This document shows positions 39,796-50,783 of a DNA stretch of 64,000 bases, in pieces. Position 1 is the first letter of the stretch, and each line of letters opens with the position of its first letter. The notes under the pieces are model-generated. The model was given only the letters and a program-made list of their open reading frames with translations. It ran no database searches and was not told the DNA's origin. The position numbers and the translations under genes were made by a program. Source of the stretch: an uncultured candidate division Zixibacteria bacterium (GTDB taxonomy: Bacteria > Zixibacteria > MSB-5A5 > UBA10806 > 4484-95); NCBI GenBank assembly GCA_963668625.2, contig CAXXKA010000006.1, positions 224,001 to 288,000 of the forward strand. Reading direction: 5' to 3'.

Positions 39796-40674
39796 ATGAA
39801 ATATATACCTTTCTTCGGCTGTATGATGACCACCAAATATCCCTACTTCGAATTTGCTGTCAGGCAAACAGTAGCCAATATCGGGTTGGAATTGGTGGAT
39901 GTCGAGGGTTTCACCTGTTGCCCCGATCCGATTTATTTTCAGGCACGCGATAAAATGAAATGGTATGCCATCGCCGCCCGGAATATATGCCTGGCCGAGG
40001 AGATCGGTCACGATATCATAACTACTTGTTCGGGCTGCACGGCTACGCTTTCCGAGGTGAATCATGTGCTTAAAAACGATGCGGGAATTCGGGACAAGGT
40101 TAACGAGAAGCTGGCTAAGATCGGTAAAGAGTACAAAGGTACCATCGACATCCGCCATGCCGTTACGGTCATACGGGATGATTTCGGCTACGATAAAGTA
40201 CAGGAGACCGTGGAATATCCGCTAGAGGGACTGAAAGTAGCGGTTCACTATGGTTGTCACTTACTGAAACCCTCACATATAATGCGCGTTGATGACCCCG
40301 ATCATCCTACTATATTAGAAAATCTGCTCAGATCGATAGGCGCCGAGCCGATTCATCACAAGAAAACATTACTATGCTGTGGCCGGGCATGTTTTACCGA
40401 TAATATACCCGACAATATGGTGCTCGATATTCTCGATTCGATCAAGCAAGAAAAAGCGGATTGCATGGGCTTAATATGTCCGACATGTTTCGATGAGTTC
40501 GACATAGGGCAGATACTAAAAGGCCGGAAATTCAAAAAGCAGCTCGATGTACCGGTCGTGTATTATTTTCAACTACTCGGCCTGGCCCAGGGCCTTACTC
40601 CGGAGCAAGTTGGCTTGACCCAGCATAAGGTTAAAACCGATGCCATTCTAGAAAAGTTGATGCAAACGGTATAA
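39796..40674 (+). CDS. hdrB: Heterodisulfide reductase subunit B-like protein (two CCG domains)
   Basis: FFGC..CCP..CSGC and HYGCH..CCG..CPTC motifs. Confidence 0.9.
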   Translation: MKYIPFFGCMMTTKYPYFEFAVRQTVANIGLELVDVEGFTCCPDPIYFQARDKMKWYAIAARNICLAEEIGHDIITTCSGCTATLSEVNHVLKNDAGIRDKVNEKLAKIGKEYKGTIDIRHAVTVIRDDFGYDKVQETVEYPLEGLKVAVHYGCHLLKPSHIMRVDDPDHPTILENLLRSIGAEPIHHKKTLLCCGRACFTDNIPDNMVLDILDSIKQEKADCMGLICPTCFDEFDIGQILKGRKFKKQLDVPVVYYFQLLGLAQGLTPEQVGLTQHKVKTDAILEKLMQTV

Positions 40675-40850
40675 AGAGAATTTCTTACATCACTTTTATT
40701 CGGCCGCTACTTTCTCTTTAAGAATCGTTATTTCGTACTAAAACTGGAATTTCATCAAAACACCCGGGGTAACTATTGGGTGAGAGAGAAACAAACCATC
40801 TCTGTGATATCATATGATTAGCATTTATGTTCTGCTGATAGTACGACTAT

Positions 40851-43808
40851 TTATTGGTTTATCTTCACCACATCCACGAGCTTGTTGATAATTGCCGAAG
40901 CTTTTTCTGCCCTGGCTATAAACTCCTGATATAACCTTTCACTGGCCTCCGGGCTCTGGCCATACCCCATACTCACCGCAACCGTAGGTAAATATTCGGG
41001 ATTGATAACATTATGAGCGGCAACTTTCAATCGGTATAAATCGCGCATGTTTTTGATGAAACTCAGATGTTGCTCTATATAGTGGAACCTGTCAGCTTGC
41101 GATATCTCGGTTTTGATAAGCCAGTGAAGAAACCGTCGCGAGAGGGGATTCCTGACTTTATGCTTGGTTTTGTAAATCAATAAAAGCATCTCGATATCGC
41201 GCAATCCACCGCGACATTCCTTGATATCCGCTTGATGGTTCTCATCGTTAACTGCGTGGCGCGATTTGATCTCGTTTATCATATAGTCGATATATTCTTT
41301 GCCCCGGTCGAATATGAACGGCTTTATTATCTGGTCCTGAAGTTTCTGCTCGAGTTTGTTCGATCCCACCAGCATCCTGGAGGAGAGCAATTGAGATTGA
41401 TCCACGAATAGATCCTCGCTGCCGCCGGCCAGGTGATCGGCCAATTGGTCGAAACTGATAGCATATGAATCGAAATGGTCGGCGAACCTGTGATGAGGAA
41501 GTATGCCGCGCTTGAGTATTTCGGAATTCATCTTGCCGACTATTTTATTGCAGTAGTCTATTTTCTCCTCGTCTTCCGAATCGAGAATAGCGATCATATC
41601 GTAATCATCATCGAATCCCTGTTCCCGGGCGTGCCCACCGGTGGCGTATAGCGCGAACAGGTCATGCGTATGCATCGAATAACCCAGCGCCAGATGTACC
41701 TCCGCCTGGCAATAGCCGTGAAGCGTGAGCGTGTAGTTATCGCAAAACTCGGTGAATTCGGCATCGGTTAACTCGCAGGAGGCGCCGTTCATTGCCAATA
41801 AGCTGATACGCACGAATTCCAGATCGTAATAATCACCTAATTGCACCAGGCGTTCTTTCAATGTTTGCAATGTGGTCAAATCGCTGTAATATCCGCTGGT
41901 GATTTCCTTGAGCTGCTCGTTGTTGTGCAAGTTACGGATAAACATCGGGTGCTTGTTCAAGGTCTGGAAGAAATGGCGTTTGAAAAAATGACTGCTATCG
42001 TAATGCAACTCCGATAAAATAAGAAGTTGCTTATGAATTGGCTGATAGTGAGGTATGGCCGGATCGGGCTGGATCATATGATTGAATTTTGCCAGCGATT
42101 CATTATCGATCATCGCCAAAAACTTGTTTAGCTGTTCAGGGTAAGCGTTTATTATGTATGTCATGGAGGTACTGACATCTGGAATACCGGCCAGCTCATC
42201 GATATATGATTTGCTGATTAAGGCAAAAACTTCTTTCTCGGATTCTTTTTCGGCTCGCTCTCCCAGAATAACAAGGAATCTTAGCGCCGAGGAGGGGTTA
42301 ATATGTGTGCCCGATACGTAAACTCTGGCAACTTTTTTTGCGAGCCTGATAGGCATACCCCTGAAACTATCGACGAATCCCTCATAGAATATACTGTCCT
42401 CGTCTTTTAACTCCTCCAGGAAATCATCCCAATAGGTGATACCTTTGAAAAACTTCGTTGACTTGGCGAAATCGAGCGCCAGGTTTCCCTCGTAGCCGAG
42501 CTTGGTCGTGCTGGAAAGGGAGAAGATCGGTTTGAACACGCTTATCCTGTGAAGATGCTTGATCAGGTCACTGGAAAGTATGCTGATCGCTTTCATGGTC
42601 CGTTCGAGGTGTTCGTAATAGTTAACCAGCATGAAATCCTTGGCGGAGATGACGCCTTTGGGTTGATAACCCAATATCTCGGCTATCTTGGCAACGACTT
42701 CCACGATACCCGGCTCGCCGAGATTGATATCCTCCTCTTGAACTACCATTATCTGGTAGAGATGCCTGAATAATTCGAGAAAGCTCAAAGCTTTTTCCAG
42801 ATCTTCGTATTCGTTCAATCGTTCCGGATTTTTGGTTTTGAGATTTTCGATAATATCCCAGGCGTTCAATTTATCGATATTGTAAACCAGTTTTAATGCC
42901 GAGAGCAGGCTTTTGATAGGTCGCAATCCCTCATCCTTGGGATTTATTACCTCCTCGGGATGTATAGCTCGCAGCAGCGAATTTATCTCTCCGAGAATTC
43001 CCCTGAGATATCCCTCGTGATACTGGTTTTCTTTCTTGCCGTACGAATAAAAAAATCTGTCGGTGACCCTTTTTCTGAACTCCTCGTAAAGATCATAGCT
43101 GCCGAAAATATTTGCCGCCCCCAGCATCTCCGAGATAATCACGAAATCGTAAATATTGCGTTCAAGTATATCCTCGAAATCCTCGATAGTCGCCGCTAAG
43201 CTGTGAGAACCGATATGCTCGGAAAGATGGAAATGCAACCGGGTGGCTTTTTTGAACATCTCCATGGAAAGCTGACCGATTGCCCGGTTCAACGATTCGG
43301 CGTCGCCCTCTCCATGATAGATAATACCAAGATCGATATCATCCTGGTCGGCTCTCGTGCCGACACTGATCATAACGAACTCGGGTATATTTTTATCAGC
43401 GAAAAATATATTCAGCAGTCGTTCCATGTAGCATTTGGTCAGGTAACGGAACATCCGACCGGCTTCCAGCATCAAACGCTTGGAAACATCGAAACGATCG
43501 GGGTTGGTGGATAGCTCCAGCTTGGTGATATCGATCATGCGGAGGTTCATCTGTAAAAACTGTATGGCGTAATAACAACCCAAGAACTCGAGTTTCTGCT
43601 TATTGTCCTCGGCAACCTCCATTACGGTGTCCATTTCGCCGGGTATCTCCATCGAGTAGCTGAATAGATGCACCCTGTCGCGTCGCCCTTTTTTCTCCAG
43701 CGCAGCGATCAATGATTCTATATTGGTCGAGATAATGTGAATATATTTTCTGTTGTAATTACCGAGATTTTGAATTCTGTCGGTAAGCCGAGTAAGTGGG
43801 TCTTTCAT
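40851..43808 (-). CDS. GlnE/GlnD-like protein with two nucleotidyltransferase modules
   Basis: NTase1 SVGTRADQDDIDL..PKDEGLRPIK; NTase2 ATGGHAREQGFDDDYD..DIKECRGGLRDIE; no ACT or HD domain recognised. Confidence 0.65.
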   Translation of the reverse strand: MKDPLTRLTDRIQNLGNYNRKYIHIISTNIESLIAALEKKGRRDRVHLFSYSMEIPGEMDTVMEVAEDNKQKLEFLGCYYAIQFLQMNLRMIDITKLELSTNPDRFDVSKRLMLEAGRMFRYLTKCYMERLLNIFFADKNIPEFVMISVGTRADQDDIDLGIIYHGEGDAESLNRAIGQLSMEMFKKATRLHFHLSEHIGSHSLAATIEDFEDILERNIYDFVIISEMLGAANIFGSYDLYEEFRKRVTDRFFYSYGKKENQYHEGYLRGILGEINSLLRAIHPEEVINPKDEGLRPIKSLLSALKLVYNIDKLNAWDIIENLKTKNPERLNEYEDLEKALSFLELFRHLYQIMVVQEEDINLGEPGIVEVVAKIAEILGYQPKGVISAKDFMLVNYYEHLERTMKAISILSSDLIKHLHRISVFKPIFSLSSTTKLGYEGNLALDFAKSTKFFKGITYWDDFLEELKDEDSIFYEGFVDSFRGMPIRLAKKVARVYVSGTHINPSSALRFLVILGERAEKESEKEVFALISKSYIDELAGIPDVSTSMTYIINAYPEQLNKFLAMIDNESLAKFNHMIQPDPAIPHYQPIHKQLLILSELHYDSSHFFKRHFFQTLNKHPMFIRNLHNNEQLKEITSGYYSDLTTLQTLKERLVQLGDYYDLEFVRISLLAMNGASCELTDAEFTEFCDNYTLTLHGYCQAEVHLALGYSMHTHDLFALYATGGHAREQGFDDDYDMIAILDSEDEEKIDYCNKIVGKMNSEILKRGILPHHRFADHFDSYAISFDQLADHLAGGSEDLFVDQSQLLSSRMLVGSNKLEQKLQDQIIKPFIFDRGKEYIDYMINEIKSRHAVNDENHQADIKECRGGLRDIEMLLLIYKTKHKVRNPLSRRFLHWLIKTEISQADRFHYIEQHLSFIKNMRDLYRLKVAAHNVINPEYLPTVAVSMGYGQSPEASERLYQEFIARAEKASAIINKLVDVVKINQ

Positions 43809-44330
43809 TAAGATTTTCCTTGGCGTTTTCGCTTATGAATATTTCACATCTTTATTTATGATAATCAGCAAATCGTTTTCAGGTGTATGATACCTGAAAT
43901 TATCGACAGTTTCAAGAATATATGAATAAATATTCGATCAAGCAATACAAAAGAGTATGTAAGTCTTTATATCAACTATGCTAAGCGGAAAATCAACCGG
44001 TTTAATAGAGCTAACAATATTTCGCTCATCTAATTCGATCATAGAATATTTTATTGTTTTTTTATTTTTTATTGGACATTTCGGAATGCCTTTATTAGAT
44101 TAATAAGAGCACCTAGCTAACAGCACCTTTGGTGAGCTTTAACAATTAGATAAGTGATATCATTATTTTAACGTTTTTCGGGATGGTTTTATATCATGCC
44201 GGCGAACTTTTTACATCATTGGTTTTTGCCGAGGTTTGACATCTATGCCAGGTAACATCATGATGAGGCTTTTAACCTCACTAACCGGATTAAAAGTTAA
44301 ACGAATTATCTATAGACATTGGAGAAATCT

Positions 44331-44612
44331 ATGAAATACTGGAGAACTCCATTAGATGTGGACAAGCTAAAAATACCCAGGGGAGAGTTGCACATTATCA
44401 AGGAGCGTTGTAAGGGATGCGCTTTTTGCGTTGAGTACTGTCCCAAGGGTGTTTTGAAACTTTCGGATGAATTCAACTCGAAAGGCTACCACCCGCCGGA
44501 GGTCATAAACGCGGATGATTGCGTGAACTGCGATCTTTGCGAGATGCTTTGCCCCGATTTCGCGATCTACTGCGTGACAATCGAACAGGGAGAAAAGGAG
44601 GCAGCCCAATGA
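44331..44612 (+). CDS. korD: 2-oxoacid:ferredoxin oxidoreductase delta subunit (2x[4Fe-4S] ferredoxin)
   Basis: CKGCAFCVEYCP, FNSKGYHP, CVNCDLCEMLCPDFAI. Confidence 0.88.
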   Translation: MKYWRTPLDVDKLKIPRGELHIIKERCKGCAFCVEYCPKGVLKLSDEFNSKGYHPPEVINADDCVNCDLCEMLCPDFAIYCVTIEQGEKEAAQ

Positions 44613-45766
44613 AGGCCGATCCTCAAAATGTGTTAACCGGTTCTCATTATCTCGATGGCAACCATGCCTCGGCGGAGGGAGCAATCGCGGCCGGCTGCAA
44701 GTTTTTTGCCGGTTACCCGATCACGCCCTCGACCGAGATAGCCGAAAGGTTCGCCTCCCGGATACCTCTATTGGGAGGAGTGTTCATTCAGATGGAGGAT
44801 GAGCTGGCGAGTATGAACGCCATTCTGGGAGCCTCATGGGGTGGATTAAAAACGATGACCTGTACCTCCGGGCCGGGATTCTCGCTCATGATGGAGAATT
44901 TCGGGTTGGGATTGATGCTCGAGACGCCGACCGTGCTGGTGAACGTTCAACGCGGCGGCCCCTCTACGGGTTTGCCGACTCTGCCCGGGCAGGCCGATAT
45001 GATGCAGGCTCGCTGGGGGTCGCATGGTGATTATGAGGTGATCGCGCTCGCGCCGGACTCTCCGCAGGAATCGTTCGAGTTGACGATTCACGCGTTCAAC
45101 CTGGCCGAGAAATACCGTATGCCGGTGTTGGTGATGACAGACGAGTGCGTCGGTCATATGACCGAGAAGGTCGTAATTCCCAAACCGGAGGAGATTGAGC
45201 TGACCGAGCGGCGCTATACCAAGAAAGCTCCGGGAGAGGCCTGGCCGTATGAGACCAACGGCGATAAAATTCCCCCGATGCTGCCTGTTGGAAAAGGCTA
45301 CAAATTCCATGTCACCGGGCTGACTCATGATTTTAAAGGTTACCCGGTAATCAACGCCGAGGCCCAGAAGCTGGCGGTAAATCACCTGATCGATAAAGTC
45401 AAAGATAACATTGATGATATCATCTGGCTGGAGGAAGAGGATACCGACAACGCCGATATTATCGTGTTGGCTTATGGTATATCCTCTCGTGTGGTCAGAC
45501 CTGCAATTGCCAAAGCCAAAAAGGATGGTATAAAAATCGGCCTCATCAAGATGGTTACGGTCTGGCCCTTCCCCGAAAAGAGGATCAGGGAACTGGCCGA
45601 TAAGGTCAACTCGCTGATAATGGTCGAGATGAACATGGGGCAGGTATATTTGGAAATGGATCGTTGTGCCGCCGGTAAATGTAAAACTTACCTTTGCGGT
45701 CACGAGGGCGGTACGGTACACGACCCCATGGATATTTATCAAACGATAAAGGAGGCCGCCAAATGA
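44609..45766 (+). CDS. korA: 2-oxoacid:ferredoxin oxidoreductase alpha subunit
   Basis: AGYPITPSTE, QMEDE, TSGPGFSLM, QRGGPSTGLPT; ATG 44609 overlaps the korD stop, AAGGAGG RBS. Confidence 0.92.
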   Translation: MKADPQNVLTGSHYLDGNHASAEGAIAAGCKFFAGYPITPSTEIAERFASRIPLLGGVFIQMEDELASMNAILGASWGGLKTMTCTSGPGFSLMMENFGLGLMLETPTVLVNVQRGGPSTGLPTLPGQADMMQARWGSHGDYEVIALAPDSPQESFELTIHAFNLAEKYRMPVLVMTDECVGHMTEKVVIPKPEEIELTERRYTKKAPGEAWPYETNGDKIPPMLPVGKGYKFHVTGLTHDFKGYPVINAEAQKLAVNHLIDKVKDNIDDIIWLEEEDTDNADIIVLAYGISSRVVRPAIAKAKKDGIKIGLIKMVTVWPFPEKRIRELADKVNSLIMVEMNMGQVYLEMDRCAAGKCKTYLCGHEGGTVHDPMDIYQTIKEAAK

Positions 45767-46650
45767 GCTTGGAAACAGCACCTCCCAAGGTAGTAAAAGA
45801 GCACCCGATGGAGAATCTGTTGCGAATGGATCGCATTCCCCATATCTGGTGTCCGACCTGCGGTCTGGGAACGACGGTTACGGCGTTGGCGGCCGCACTG
45901 GAACAACTTCGCTACGACTTGAACAACGTGGCTATATTCTCCGGCATCGGCTGCACCGGCAGGGTGGCCGGTTATCTGAAACTCGACTCGTTCCATACCA
46001 CCCACGGGCGTTCGATCCCATTCGCCGCCGGATTCCATATAGCTAATCCCAAGATGAAAACGATCGTGTTTTCCGGGGATGGTGATTTGATCTCGATCGG
46101 CGGTAATCATTTCATTCACTCGGCCAGACGTAATCTCGATATTACGGTTATCTGCGTGAATAATTTCATCTACGCCATGACCGGCGGACAGGTTGCGCCT
46201 ACCACCCCGATGACAGCCAACACCTCGACCTCGCCGCACGGCAGTTACGAGCATCCTTTTAACCTGCCGCTTCTGGCCGGTTCCTGCGGCGCTTCGTATG
46301 TAGCTCGTTGGACATGCCTGCATATTCGACGCTTGACCACGGCTATTAAAGAGGCGCTGGAAAAACCCGGTTTTTCATTCGTAGAAGTCATAGCTCCGTG
46401 TTCTACCCTTTATGCCAGACGGAATCGTCTGGGGGATGGCTTGAGCTTGATGAAATTCTATCACGATAACAGCATAATAAAACACGGCGCTGATTTGAAC
46501 GAGGTAGATATCGGCTACCAGACTAAAATAGTATGTGGCAAATTCATAGATATTCAAAAACCAACTTACATCGATTCGATGAACGAAGGGCTGAGCAGGA
46601 AGTTTGGTGATAAGTATAAACCCTACGGAGGCGGTAATGGCAACAGCTGA
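45763..46650 (+). CDS. korB: 2-oxoacid:ferredoxin oxidoreductase beta subunit (TPP-binding)
   Basis: WCPTCG, SGIGC, HTTHGR, GDGD...NN, YAMTGGQVAPT. Confidence 0.92.
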   Translation: MSLETAPPKVVKEHPMENLLRMDRIPHIWCPTCGLGTTVTALAAALEQLRYDLNNVAIFSGIGCTGRVAGYLKLDSFHTTHGRSIPFAAGFHIANPKMKTIVFSGDGDLISIGGNHFIHSARRNLDITVICVNNFIYAMTGGQVAPTTPMTANTSTSPHGSYEHPFNLPLLAGSCGASYVARWTCLHIRRLTTAIKEALEKPGFSFVEVIAPCSTLYARRNRLGDGLSLMKFYHDNSIIKHGADLNEVDIGYQTKIVCGKFIDIQKPTYIDSMNEGLSRKFGDKYKPYGGGNGNS

Positions 46651-47203
46651 GATCAGAATCACCGGCCTTGGAGGTCAGGGGGTTATACTTTGCGGATATA
46701 TTATCGGCAAAGCGGCATCGATTTACAACAATCAGCACGCGACCCTTACCCAGAGTTTCGGACCGGAGGCGCGAGGCAGCGCCTGCAGCGCTCAGGTTAT
46801 AGTTTCCGATGACCGCGTGCTCTATCCGTACGTTACGGCCGCGGATATTCTTATCGCCATTTCCAATGATGGTTATATCAAGCATAAAGACACCATCTCG
46901 GATAGCGCGATTATCTGTTATGAGAAGGATCTCGTAAAAATCGAACAACACGGCAAAAACGTGAAAACATTCGGTGTGCCGGCTACCAGGTTCGCCGAGG
47001 ACCTGGGCCGAAAGATCGTGCTCAATATTGTCATGCTGGGTTTTTTCGGCGCGACAACCGGATTGATATCGCGTGAGGCGCTTCACCAGGGAGTAGAACA
47101 TTCGGTTCCCCCGGGAACGGAGGAGTTGAATTTGAAAGCGTTCGATAAAGGCTATGACTACGGTCTCGAACTGATTAAAGGTAACAAAGCCGTTACGGCT
47201 TAG
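46637..47203 (+). CDS. korC: 2-oxoacid:ferredoxin oxidoreductase gamma subunit
   Basis: [34 protein letters not shown]. Confidence 0.92.
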   Translation: MATAEIRITGLGGQGVILCGYIIGKAASIYNNQHATLTQSFGPEARGSACSAQVIVSDDRVLYPYVTAADILIAISNDGYIKHKDTISDSAIICYEKDLVKIEQHGKNVKTFGVPATRFAEDLGRKIVLNIVMLGFFGATTGLISREALHQGVEHSVPPGTEELNLKAFDKGYDYGLELIKGNKAVTA

Positions 47204-47240
47204 GGGTAAACTTCAAGAAAAGCAGCGGAAGGAAGAAGCT

Positions 47241-50200
47241 ATGCCCCAGGATAAAAAACGAGAAAAAGGGGTACTGGTAATCGGTGGTGGAATTACCGGG
47301 ATTCAGGCGGCTCTCGATTTAGCCTCCTCCCGGGTGAAAGTTTACCTGGTCGAAAAATCACCGTCATTGGGCGGCAGGATGGCTCAACTGGATAAAACTT
47401 TCCCCACTATGGATTGCTCGATATGAATACTCGGTCCGCGTATGATGGATGCCGGTCGGCATCCTAATATCGAGTTATTCACTAACTCCGAACTGGTAGA
47501 ATTCGGTGGTCGGGCCGGTGATTTCAGGGCGACTATCAGAAAACATCCTCGTTATGTAGATGAGGATTTATGCACAGGCTGCGGCATTTGCGTCGATCAT
47601 TGCCCGGCAGTCGTGCCAAACGAATTCGAGGTCGGTATGGGAGCGCGTAAGGCGATCTATTCGCCGTTTGCTCAGGCAGTGCCCAATACTCACATCATCG
47701 ATAGAGACCATTGTTTGAACGATGATTTCCTGGTATGCGATCATTGCGCACAGGCTTGTGACAGGAACGCTATCAATTACGATGATACGGGAGAGGATGT
47801 CGAAATCGATATCGGAGCGGTTATACTTGCCACCGGTTTTGATGTTTACGATGCCTCGCAAATACCGGCTTACGGCTATACCATGAACGAGAACGTGCTG
47901 ACCAACATGGAACTTGAGCGCGTGTTGAACGCCTCCGGCCCGACACAGGGTCATCTCATTAGGCCCTCGGATAAGAAGCCGCCGAAAAGGATTGCTTTCA
48001 TACAATGTGTCGGTTCCCGTGGTGAGGGCAAAGAAAAGGGCTGCCAGTACTGTTCCCGTTTCTGCTGTATGAATGCGATCAAAGATTGCATGCTGGTAAA
48101 GCAGCACGAACCGGATATCGAGGAGATGCTCGTGTTCTATATCGATATGCGAGCCTCTGGTAAAGGATTCGAAGAGTTCTACCGGAGATCATACGAAATA
48201 CCCGAACTCAAGTATGTTCGAGGTCGTCCATCGAAAATCGTCGAGGATCCTAAAAATAAAAATATCACGATTATCGTCGAGGACGGCGAATCCGGCGAAG
48301 TAAAGCATGAGCTAGTAGATATGGTAGTGCTCTCCTCCGGCGCAGTCGCCTCCGAATCGAATCGTAAGCTGGCCGAGACAGTCGGCATAGAGCTCGAGGA
48401 TAACGGCTTTTTCAAAATCGATACCACCTATGGCTCGCCTCTTCATACCGCTAAAGAAGGTGTTTATATCTGTGGATGTGCCGGCGGTATAAATGATATC
48501 TCCGATTCGGTTGCGCAGGGTTCGGGAGCAGCCGCTGAGGCGGAAAGGTTCGTCGGCAAGCTTCGAGTTGAGGAAGTGCCGCGAGAGATAAAAGAACTGG
48601 ATGTTTCCGGGCCGCCACGCGTAGGCGTATTTATCTGCCATTGCGGAATCAATATCGCCGGTGTGCTGGATATGGAAGGTATGGAACGATTCGCAAATAC
48701 GATTCCCGATGTCACCTATGTCGAGCAAAACCTGTTTTTATGTTCGGATGAAGGACAACGTATGATGCAGGAAAAAATACTCGAACATGACCTCAACCGA
48801 GTGGTCGTTGCCGCCTGCACTCCCCGAACGCATGAGCCGATTTTCCGGGAAAGCTGCGAATTGGTGGGATTGAATCCGTACCTTTTCGAGATGGTCAATG
48901 TCCGAGATCAATGCTCGTGGGTGCACTCTAAAGATCCGGTCAGGGCGACATATCGAGCTAAAGATCAACTGAAGATGGGGGTCGCTAAGGCTCGCCACTT
49001 GCAGCCGCTGAAACGCAACACTATCCCCATCAATCAAAGCGTGCTGGTGGTTGGCGGAGGTATTGCCGGTATGAGATCGGCTCTCGATTTGGAAGCTCAG
49101 GGATTCAAAGTATTCCTCGTGGAAAAAGCGGGAAGGCTCGGCGGACGGTTAAACAATCTCACGCGGGTATATCCTGCCAACCTTTCGGCGTTCGAGCTTT
49201 CGCGCGTGATGGTCGAGAAGCTCAACTCCAGCCGAGTGGAGGTGCTCGCCTCGACAGAGATCAACTCGATCACCGGCTTCGTAGGTAATTTCGATGTTGC
49301 CACTACTAATGGTAATTTCCAGGTGGGGACAATCGTACTGGCAACCGGCGCGAACGTTTATCAACCCCGGAACGAATTCAATTACGATAAATTCGTTAAT
49401 GTTATCACCAACCAGGAGCTGGAGGAGATCATTCACAGTTCTAAGAAGGAGCTCACCATAAACGGGATAAAACCCAGGACCGTAGCTTTCATACAATGTG
49501 TAGGTTCCCGCGAACCCGAAAACAATGCTCATTGCGCCCGTTACTGCTGCCCGACAACGATAAAGCAGGCTATAAGGCTTCGAGAAAGCGGTATTAACGT
49601 GGTGGTGCTTCACAGGGATATGCGTACGGTAGGCGCCAAAGCAGAAGAACATTACCGTCACGCCCGGGAGCTTGGTGTTAAATTCATCCGCTATACTCCC
49701 GAACGAAAGCCGGATGTGCTGGGCAACGGCGAGAAAGCCGAAAGGCTCGAGATCATGGAACTGGCGTTGAAACGTAAGCTTGCCATGGATATTGATTTCG
49801 TGGTGTTGGCCTGTGGTATGGTACCGAATAAGGAGAGCACCGAGAAGCTTCAGGATATACTCAAAGTACCGCGTGGCGCGGATGGATTTTTCATGGAACG
49901 AAACTCCAAGCTCGGCCCGGTCGAGACAACCACCGAGGGCGTGTTCTTAGCCGGCTGCGTAAGCGGTCCGAAAGATATCTCGGACTCGATTGCCCAGGGG
50001 TCGGCTACCGCTGCCAAGGTTGCTCGATTCATCTCGAAAGACACGGTAGAGCTGGAACCCACGACCTGTATCGTCGAGCCGGCTCTATGTCGAGCCTGTG
50101 GTACCTGTGTCGATATCTGCGAATATCACGCGCCGAGTTTTACGATGGCCTCGCCGGGCTACAAAGTGGCCGAGATTAACCAGGCATTGTGCAAAGGCTG

Positions 50201-50306
50201 TGGTACCTGCGCGAGCTGGTGTCCCTCCGGGGCGATAACCTCGCTGCATTTTACCGATAATCAAATTCACGCGATGATGGATGTCCTTTTGGCGGAGGAG
50301 CAATAG
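47241..50306 (+). CDS. hdrA: Tandem (double) HdrA-type flavoprotein, probable selenoprotein (UGA = Sec62), 1021 aa
   Basis: ORFs 47241-47426 and 47442-50306 share a frame across TGA 47424-47426 in [16 protein letters not shown], where HdrA has CxxC. Two GGGxxG FAD motifs, two QCVGSR motifs and several ferredoxin motifs. Confidence 0.9.
47427..47475 (+). promoter_or_regulatory. Bacterial SECIS element of hdrA1
   Basis: Upper stem GGATGCC-GGTC-GGCATCC (47447-47464) starting 20 nt after UGA; lower stem ACTCGGT/ATCGAGT. Confidence 0.8.
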
Positions 50307-50309
50307 CTT

Positions 50310-50780
50310 ATGGGAAAAATATCAGCAGAGAAAAAGTCCTCGAACGAAAAACGCATTTTCGTGCCGAACATAGTCGCGTTTGCCTGCAACTGGTGCAGCT
50401 ATGCCGGCGCTGATAACGCCGGAGTCAATCGCTTGCAGTATTCGCCTAATTTCCGCGTGATAAGAACGATGTGCTCGGGACGGGTGACCACCGGGTTCGT
50501 GCTCAAGGCTTTCAAGATGGGCGCGGATGCAGTTCTGGTATCCGGCTGTCATTTCGGAGATTGCCATTATATTTTCGGCAACTACAAAGCAGTCGATCAA
50601 TTCGAGAAAACCAAAGCGATGATTAAAACGCTAGGACTGGAACCTGAACGAGTCAGGCTCGAATGGGTATCAGCGGCCGAGGGGCCCGTATGGGCCAACT
50701 TGATAAACGAGTTTGTCCAGCAGATAACCGAACTCGGGCCGAGCCCGTTAAATCTAAAACCTAAATACGAGATAGCCTAG
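50310..50780 (+). CDS. mvhD: MvhD/FlpD [2Fe-2S] subunit
   Basis: FACNWCSYAGAD, MCSGRV, GCHFGDCHY, EWVSAAEG. Confidence 0.92.
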   Translation: MGKISAEKKSSNEKRIFVPNIVAFACNWCSYAGADNAGVNRLQYSPNFRVIRTMCSGRVTTGFVLKAFKMGADAVLVSGCHFGDCHYIFGNYKAVDQFEKTKAMIKTLGLEPERVRLEWVSAAEGPVWANLINEFVQQITELGPSPLNLKPKYEIA

Positions 50781-50783
50781 ATT

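Noticed and set aside
47241-47426. Short hdrA fragments (also 51982-52593) as pseudogenes or separate genes
   Set aside because: The frame continues through a TGA at a conserved Cys position in both paralogs, each with a SECIS-like hairpin; Sec recoding fits better.
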